From an uncultured virus (IMG/VR IMGVR_UViG_2576861727_000003) (lineage: Duplodnaviria > Heunggongvirae > Uroviricota > Caudoviricetes), in the IMG/VR virus record IMGVR_UViG_2576861727_000003: DNA of 64,000 bases. One strand, given 5' to 3'. Within the stretch, counting starts at the first letter, position 1; every line of letters starts with the position of its first letter. The notes under the pieces are model-generated. The model was not told where the DNA came from. It saw nothing but the letters and a program-made list of their open reading frames with translations, and did not search any database. This document shows, piece after piece, positions 58,186 through 64,000 of this stretch. The position numbers and the translations under genes were made by a program.

Positions 58186-58566
58186 ATGGAAGAGTTAAAA
58201 AAAGATAAACTTGAAGAATTAAGAGAAGCATTAGAACTTAACGAACACATGGCAAATTCACTCAGCGAGGAAGTAAAAAGATACACGGAAAAAGCCGCCG
58301 AAATAAGAAAAGAGATTATGGTGGAGAGTGTAGACAGAGCCAGATTTTTCTACCATACGAGCTTCGGTAATGACGGTCTTGAATCCATAGGTAAAGTAGT
58401 AAGTTTTCTATCGTTTTGTGAGTCATTAGGCTTAAAATGGAAGAGTGGATGTAACCCGCTCAACGAACACGCGATTGACACAGTTGACGACGCTCTTCAT
58501 GACCGCTACACAGTGTGGCGCATTAACATATCCGACGAGGGTAAGTTAACACTGGAGGTGATATAA
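58186..58566 (+). CDS. Early hypothetical protein
   Basis: AAGGAGG RBS; GLKWKSG motif. Confidence 0.65.
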   Translation: MEELKKDKLEELREALELNEHMANSLSEEVKRYTEKAAEIRKEIMVESVDRARFFYHTSFGNDGLESIGKVVSFLSFCESLGLKWKSGCNPLNEHAIDTVDDALHDRYTVWRINISDEGKLTLEVI

Positions 58567-58567
58567 A

Positions 58568-58726
58568 ATGAACACATATATAGTAACATCTGACTACGGA
58601 TTTATCAAAAACGTTTCCGAGGTAAAGGCAAGAACAAGGTTTGGGGCGAAGCTTAAAGGTCGCAAAAAAACTTGTTTTGGGTTTCCTGTCAAAAAGGTAA
58701 CGGTAGAAAGAGTGGTGGAAGAATAA
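58568..58726 (+). CDS. Small basic early protein (52 aa, not in the ORF track)
   Basis: GGAGGTGA RBS; MNTYIVTSDYGF... Confidence 0.5.
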   Translation: MNTYIVTSDYGFIKNVSEVKARTRFGAKLKGRKKTCFGFPVKKVTVERVVEE

Positions 58727-58890
58727 TGAGTACAATTACCAAAGAGCTACTCAAATCAGTTTTAGAACTGACCCAGTTGTGCAATAATACGAACAAAGTA
58801 ATAATTGCACAGTCTGAAAAAATAGAAGAGCTCGAAAGTCGTATCAAGACTTTAGAGCATTATCGCGCCTATCACGGCGACGAAGAATAG
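58726..58890 (+). CDS. Small coiled-coil protein
   Basis: Coupled start MSTITK. Confidence 0.5.
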   Translation: MSTITKELLKSVLELTQLCNNTNKVIIAQSEKIEELESRIKTLEHYRAYHGDEE

Positions 58891-58999
58891 GAGGGGTAAA
58901 CTATGATGATAGGATTAAGCGGAGAAGAATATCTCAAATTACTAGAGTCGCTTATAGAAGCGAAAGAAGAGGATAAAACAGAAAAGGAGGAAGAACCAG

Positions 59000-59296
59000 A
59001 TGAAAAGTAAATTTTATGAGCAGTCGTTCGTTGGCATAATCCTTGCGGCTCTAGTGCTTTCAGTCTCTATGTTTTCGCTCGGATATTTATTTGGAAACTT
59101 CTCAGCTAAAGAAACTGAGAAGGAATATCCTGAGCCTGTCTCAGCGATAGTTGACGGCGAAGAGATGCCTGTGATATCGGTAAAAACGCATGGCAATTAT
59201 GCTGAAGTTGTCACCGATGGTGACGAAAAAATTATCATTTCAACGAAAAATCTCGTAATCTATGAGGACGAGAAATTTTATAACGGAGAGGAATAA
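59000..59296 (+). CDS. Membrane-anchored small protein
   Basis: N-terminal TM segment; GGAGG RBS. Confidence 0.6.
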   Translation: MKSKFYEQSFVGIILAALVLSVSMFSLGYLFGNFSAKETEKEYPEPVSAIVDGEEMPVISVKTHGNYAEVVTDGDEKIIISTKNLVIYEDEKFYNGEE

Positions 59297-59299
59297 ATT

Positions 59300-59527
59300 A
59301 TGAACCACACACAGGCGGTAAAACACGCCTATAACAAAAGCAAGGAATTTTTCTACGGAGATATTCCCGCGTTTGAGTTAGCACTGAAATTTGCCGAAAA
59401 AGGTAAGTATAATACAGCAAATGATTTATTAATGGTGGCAAAAGCCGAGTGCGTAGAAGCACTCAAATTTTGTGAAATGGATATTTCGCTTGCAGACATT
59501 GAATTATACGAGGTGGCAAAAAAATGA
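59300..59527 (+). CDS. Hypothetical protein
   Basis: RBS, operon coupling. Confidence 0.55.
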   Translation: MNHTQAVKHAYNKSKEFFYGDIPAFELALKFAEKGKYNTANDLLMVAKAECVEALKFCEMDISLADIELYEVAKK

Positions 59528-59751
59528 AAATTGAGTATTCAAACAGTTCATTTATCCGACTTAGTAATATCTTGTCGGGTGAAACGTTTATTGCCGATAA
59601 CACTCTTTATATAAAGGGCGAGAAATCAGGCATAGACGATATTGTGTGTGTCAGCCTTGCTGACGGACACATAAAACATTTCTTTGAAGCGGATATGGTA
59701 AGACCAGTTAAGACGAAAATTATCATTGAGTCTTCTATAGGTTTTGTATGA
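59524..59751 (+). CDS. Hypothetical protein
   Basis: RBS, ATGA overlap. Confidence 0.55.
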   Translation: MKIEYSNSSFIRLSNILSGETFIADNTLYIKGEKSGIDDIVCVSLADGHIKHFFEADMVRPVKTKIIIESSIGFV

Positions 59752-59825
59752 TTTTTTCAATGAGAAGATAACTTTCTCAAATTAAAGCAAAGTTATAATT
59801 GAATAATCGAATGGAGGTATCTTCT

Positions 59826-60245
59826 ATGGAAATTAAAGACTTTGTTATATCAAGGGATGTGGCAAATGGCAGATTATATTTTTGTCCCGAATGCGGAGAA
59901 GAATTTTTCATTAATACTCAATCCCCACTTATACCTTTAAGTATGGCTTGTTACGACTGTGAAGATTGCGACCTTCATATAGAACACGGCGGAAAATGTC
60001 GGCGCTTTGAATATAATTGCCCGTTTGACTTTTATCTGCTTTTAGATGGGTTTCCAGTAGAAACAGCAGAGATTACATCTTTACTTAATGAGATTAAGTG
60101 TGCGGACAAAAGAATTCAGGAAATAGTTGATAAAACACACAGCTATGGGATAAGAGCTCTTGATAATTTGCATTGGGCGATTAGTCATCTCGATGATGAC
60201 ATTGCTTCTGCCGAAGAATGGGCAGAAATAGATGAGGAGGAATAA
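59826..60245 (+). CDS. Cys-rich (Zn-binding) hypothetical protein
   Basis: CPECG and CYDCEDC; GGAGGT RBS. Confidence 0.6.
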   Translation: MEIKDFVISRDVANGRLYFCPECGEEFFINTQSPLIPLSMACYDCEDCDLHIEHGGKCRRFEYNCPFDFYLLLDGFPVETAEITSLLNEIKCADKRIQEIVDKTHSYGIRALDNLHWAISHLDDDIASAEEWAEIDEEE

Positions 60246-60247
60246 TA

Positions 60248-60844
60248 ATGGCGGTATTTGGTAGAGTAATAATCAAAGACATCACCGAACAGGAAGTCGT
60301 AAATATCGCGGCAGCGTTTGGCTGTTATCGCAATAACAAGAAATATAGACCGCAAAACCAAGGATGTTATAGTTCTATACTTAATGGCGGTACCTATTAT
60401 CAGTCTATGCCAGACCTCGACACAGGATTCTGTCAGGCAGAGTTCCAGATTATTGTAACACAGTCCAATATTGATGCGGGTTTCGTGCATCAGGCAATAG
60501 AACAGTCTATCAGGGATAGCATTTTCCGCAAGGTAAAAATCGAATATACCCTGACATGGCGGGAGGGAGAGGTATATTTTTACGACCGCGGGAAGTCATA
60601 TGTCGTTAATATAGAGTATTTTATCCCGTCTGGAAGGGGTTGCCCTCAAAAGACAGATGATGAACTTCATCCTTACCCTGACTACAAAAATGTTATCCAT
60701 GTAGTGTTGGACGAAACGAATATGGTAAGCGGCACCCCTGAAGAAAAGAAAAAGGAGATGAACAAAGAAGAGATAAAAGCAGAATTACAAAAGGTAATTG
60801 CGGAATCACTAAAGACGATTATGGAGTTAGTGAAGAAGCTGTAA
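60248..60844 (+). CDS. Hypothetical protein
   Basis: GAGGAGG RBS. Confidence 0.6.
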   Translation: MAVFGRVIIKDITEQEVVNIAAAFGCYRNNKKYRPQNQGCYSSILNGGTYYQSMPDLDTGFCQAEFQIIVTQSNIDAGFVHQAIEQSIRDSIFRKVKIEYTLTWREGEVYFYDRGKSYVVNIEYFIPSGRGCPQKTDDELHPYPDYKNVIHVVLDETNMVSGTPEEKKKEMNKEEIKAELQKVIAESLKTIMELVKKL

Positions 60845-60870
60845 ACACGGAAAACGAAGGAGAAATTTTT

Positions 60871-61245
60871 ATGAATTTTTCAGATAAACTAATTCGATTG
60901 CGTAAAGCATTCGGATACACAAAGAAGTATGTAGCTGAAAGTGTCGGCGTATCATGTACCGCTATAGCGGCATATGAGGATGGCAAAACTGCACCTCAGT
61001 ACAAAATAATCTATAAGGGAATCGCGAATCTGTTCGGTGTTCCGTTAGAATTTCTAATGGTAGAAAAACCTCATGATGAGGTAGTTCTGGCGAGTATTAC
61101 AAAACGGCAAACACGACTTCGTATAAATGCGATATCGTGCGATATCGACCGCATTTGTGCAGAAATTCGTGGACTGAGAAAAATAGAGCGTCTTACCGCA
61201 GAGGATGCGCTAAAAATAATCGGGGCGGTGACTGGAAATGAGTAA
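60871..61245 (+). CDS. XRE-family HTH transcriptional regulator
   Basis: LIRLRKAFGYTKKYVAESVGVS..IAAYEDGKTAP. Confidence 0.85.
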   Translation: MNFSDKLIRLRKAFGYTKKYVAESVGVSCTAIAAYEDGKTAPQYKIIYKGIANLFGVPLEFLMVEKPHDEVVLASITKRQTRLRINAISCDIDRICAEIRGLRKIERLTAEDALKIIGAVTGNE

Positions 61246-61513
61246 TGTTTCGCTAATAAAAGGAGAGTTAGTAATCGCTTTACCCCATAGCCGTTATGGC
61301 GTAACAAATAATGGCTGGACAGGTCATTATTTGGGAAAATCGGAATGGACAAACGGTGAGATTTTCGTTTCCAAAAAAAATAAGTTTTCAATAAAGCCAA
61401 ACACAGTAATTCCATATTCCGAAAATATGGAAACTGCAAACTTCAAACATTTCACAGGTATCGTAGACGACCATCGTGTACTTGTGTATAGAACGGAGGA
61501 AGATCATGATTAA
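61238..61513 (+). CDS. Hypothetical protein, paralog A
   Basis: GELVIALP..YGVTNNGW..IPYSENM. Confidence 0.6.
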   Translation: MSNVSLIKGELVIALPHSRYGVTNNGWTGHYLGKSEWTNGEIFVSKKNKFSIKPNTVIPYSENMETANFKHFTGIVDDHRVLVYRTEEDHD

Positions 61514-61781
61514 AGACTTTCTGCGAGAGGGGGAATTAGTGACAGCGTTACCTAATGATGATTATGGCTATACAACTGACGGATGGACGGCATATGTTTT
61601 AGCGCTACATAGTGGCTACAACGGAGAGGTATCCGTTCAAGGGTATAATGACCGCGGAAATGTCACCAGTCCCGACTGGGCAGTAGACCCAGAAGTTTTA
61701 ATTCCGTATTCCGAAAATATGGTAACACAAAGCTTCAGAAGCTTTAAAGTTCACCCAGATGCTCCGCCTGTGATATTTTAG
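61506..61781 (+). CDS. Hypothetical protein, paralog B
   Basis: GELVTALP..YGYTTDGW..IPYSENM. Confidence 0.6.
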   Translation: MIKDFLREGELVTALPNDDYGYTTDGWTAYVLALHSGYNGEVSVQGYNDRGNVTSPDWAVDPEVLIPYSENMVTQSFRSFKVHPDAPPVIF

Positions 61782-61809
61782 GCGGATTTTTTTTATTCAA
61801 AAAAAGGAG

Positions 61810-62004
61810 TTGATAAAGATGGATTTCATAAAAATGGTAAACGCTGAACATCGGTTTCAGGTGCTTACCGACGAAGCTTGCGAGAGAAGTGTACTCTCAA
61901 AAATAAGAACTGAGAATCGTAGGATACAGCGTATCAATACGACTCTTATCAAGATGAGCGCCGTATTTGGCAGCGTAGCGATTCTTGCACTGATAATCAA
62001 GTAA
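61810..62004 (+). CDS. Small protein with C-terminal TM segment
   Basis: AAGGAG RBS; hydrophobic C-terminus. Confidence 0.5.
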   Translation: MIKMDFIKMVNAEHRFQVLTDEACERSVLSKIRTENRRIQRINTTLIKMSAVFGSVAILALIIK

Positions 62005-62052
62005 AAAACAAAAACGCCTAAAATGGCGTAATATTTTAGGAGGAATAAAAAA

Positions 62053-64000
62053 ATGATAAGTTATGGCTATCAGGAACACATCACAATGTTTACATCCGAA
62101 GAAGGAAAGCAGTTTATCCGCCGTATAATGGCGGCATCAGAAGACAAAGTAAGACTTGTCGAATTCGGTTGGGTTGCGAAAGAGAAATGTTCTCTGCCTC
62201 TCAACGTTGGAGATAAAGTCTTTTGTCTTAACGGCAGCCACGAAGTTACAGCAATCCCAGAGACTGAGGACGGATTTTCATTCAGGACTTGTAAAGAATT
62301 TACAATAGAAAGCGGGACAAAGATTCCGCTCGTAGTTGAAGGAATAAGACTGAATTTCACAAGAATCTTGGATAATTCAGATACTTGTGAAGTTGAAAGT
62401 CCTATATTCAAACAAATGACTGCTTTCTTAGACGAGGTTGGTTACAATTATAGTAATAACGTAATCGCTGATATTGTCAGCAAAGCGTATTCGGCAAAAG
62501 AAAAACTGCGCGAAAAATTCAGAAAGTCAGAGTTCTGGAACGAAGATTTACAAGCTCTGATTGTACCAGATTTTAAGTTCACGTCAGAGCCTAATTACGA
62601 CGACGTGTCAACCTGGATTAATCAAATATTTAGACATTCAAATATTTCATATCCAGATTCGGTACTTAGAATCGCTAAGAACGCCGTCAACAACCACTTA
62701 TACAAAAACCATGTGTATTTAAATGATTACGACGCATATGCTTTGGAACAGGGTATAGGGGATTACAAGTATTCCCATGGAGCAAAAGTCACAAAATTTC
62801 TCAGAGGAATATTCGACGGTCTTAACCTCGGAGAAAACAACAGTGATTACGAGAGGCATTTTGCTATGCTTGCTGACTCGGCATCACCCAAGGAACATAA
62901 GCGTTTACTTGTAATATCCTTGAATGTCATGGACTTTCTTACCATGAGTGAAGGCAATTCATGGAAGAGTTGCCATAATATTCGAGAGAGAGGCTGCTAT
63001 CATGGCGGATGTTTGTCGTATGCGCTTGATGAAGTAACCGCGATTTTGTACACGCTTCCTGCCGACACAGACATTTCAAACGGCGAACTTTGGAAAATTC
63101 CGAAGATAAATCGTCAGCTTTTTATGTTCGGCGATTCGTATGTCGTAGAAAGCCGACTCTATCCCAATTGCGAGGCACTTCATATCAGAAAGGCGCATCA
63201 TGAGATAGTGAATAAAATTTACACAAAGATTATGGAAAAGCGTTTTAACCCAGTAAAGGGAAGTTATGAGAGGATTACTCAGAACATATACGACCATGTT
63301 GAAACATGCGGACTTCACTATCCCGATTATAACTATAATTGTTATTATATCACTGCCTTAATTTCGGATGATTATAAAAATGAAAAGTTAACAATCGGTC
63401 ATGATGTGCCAGATATCGTGACGGGTGGAATTAACCAGCATCATGACTCCATGACCACAGAGGGTGGAAGCTCTGGCGGAAATAGCGTCTGGTTTGAAGA
63501 TGCTTCACACGGATATGCAATCACTGATTCAGAAGAGGTAGAGTACTTCCGCGGTGAAGTTTATCACCATGAATACTGCTACTGGAGCGACGAAGAAGAC
63601 TGTTATATCCCTGACGATATAGCAATATATATCGACGATGACTACTATTCTCCAGAATATGTAGAGGAGAATTTCGTCGAGTGCAGTCAGTGCGGCGAAT
63701 ATGTTAGAAAGAACCGTGCAGTATGGTGCGATGATGAGCCTTATTGCTCTAGTTGTGCAGATACATATTTGACAATGTGTGAAGAATGCGGCGAATATGT
63801 TCGTCAGTCAGATGCCGAATATGTTGATGATAAATGCATATGCCCCGACTGCGTAGAAACAAAAACCCGTGTCTGCACAGTATGTGGTGAAAGACACTTT
63901 AACCAGTATTTTAATGCAGATTCGACTGTATGTATGGACTGCGCAGAGGAACATATACAGTATTCTCTTCCTGAATCGGGAGTAGTTGTTGTTCATAACA
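62053..64000 (+). CDS. Large conserved phage protein with multiple CxxC Zn-ribbon repeats (runs off the window; absent from the ORF track)
   Basis: GGAGG RBS, MISYGYQEH...ISLNVMDFLTMSEGNSWKSCH..GCYHGGCLSYALD...CSQC..CLSC..CEEC..CPDC; no stop seen to 64000. Confidence 0.75.
   Translation, partial: MISYGYQEHITMFTSEEGKQFIRRIMAASEDKVRLVEFGWVAKEKCSLPLNVGDKVFCLNGSHEVTAIPETEDGFSFRTCKEFTIESGTKIPLVVEGIRLNFTRILDNSDTCEVESPIFKQMTAFLDEVGYNYSNNVIADIVSKAYSAKEKLREKFRKSEFWNEDLQALIVPDFKFTSEPNYDDVSTWINQIFRHSNISYPDSVLRIAKNAVNNHLYKNHVYLNDYDAYALEQGIGDYKYSHGAKVTKFLRGIFDGLNLGENNSDYERHFAMLADSASPKEHKRLLVISLNVMDFLTMSEGNSWKSCHNIRERGCYHGGCLSYALDEVTAILYTLPADTDISNGELWKIPKINRQLFMFGDSYVVESRLYPNCEALHIRKAHHEIVNKIYTKIMEKRFNPVKGSYERITQNIYDHVETCGLHYPDYNYNCYYITALISDDYKNEKLTIGHDVPDIVTGGINQHHDSMTTEGGSSGGNSVWFEDASHGYAITDSEEVEYFRGEVYHHEYCYWSDEEDCYIPDDIAIYIDDDYYSPEYVEENFVECSQCGEYVRKNRAVWCDDEPYCSSCADTYLTMCEECGEYVRQSDAEYVDDKCICPDCVETKTRVCTVCGERHFNQYFNADSTVCMDCAEEHIQYSLPESGVVVVHN

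Larger units (their letters stand above)
1300..64000. mobile_element. Large SPbeta-like prophage (continues beyond the window)
   Basis: att core, complete lysis/tail/head/packaging module, YonO-like RNA polymerase, early gene cluster. Confidence 0.92.

Noticed and set aside
1300..64000. CRISPR array, retron or complete DGR
   Set aside because: No regularly spaced repeat-spacer array and no reverse transcriptase motifs seen in the window

Overview
About 62.7 kb of a large, SPbeta-like temperate siphophage integrated at the 3' end of a host tRNA-Ser (28-bp att core at 1300-1327). The host is probably a Ruminococcus/Clostridia-type gut or rumen Firmicute (inferred from a dockerin-like tail on the lysin). 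Left of the att site are an IS1595-type transposase end and an N gap. From 1.5 to 53 kb, all on the minus strand, the window holds lysis genes, a modular tail-appendage cassette, tail and head genes, portal, terminase, two tyrosine recombinases, an ATP-dependent DNA ligase, tRNAs, HU, a metallophosphoesterase, a YonO-like single-subunit RNA polymerase and a RepL-like protein. After a structured strand-switch region (53-54 kb) come small plus-strand early genes and an RNA cluster. The most notable observation is that the tape-measure gene is split by a 1052-nt group I intron (22844-23895) with predictable in-frame splice sites. Instead of a homing endonuclease, the intron carries a membrane-anchored protein gene with its own sigma-A promoter. 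Other highlights are two tandem minimal HDV-like (theta-type) ribozymes, tRNAs with atypical architecture, and a bipartite repeat bracketing the RNA polymerase gene. All calls were made by eye; no database searches or folding programs were run.
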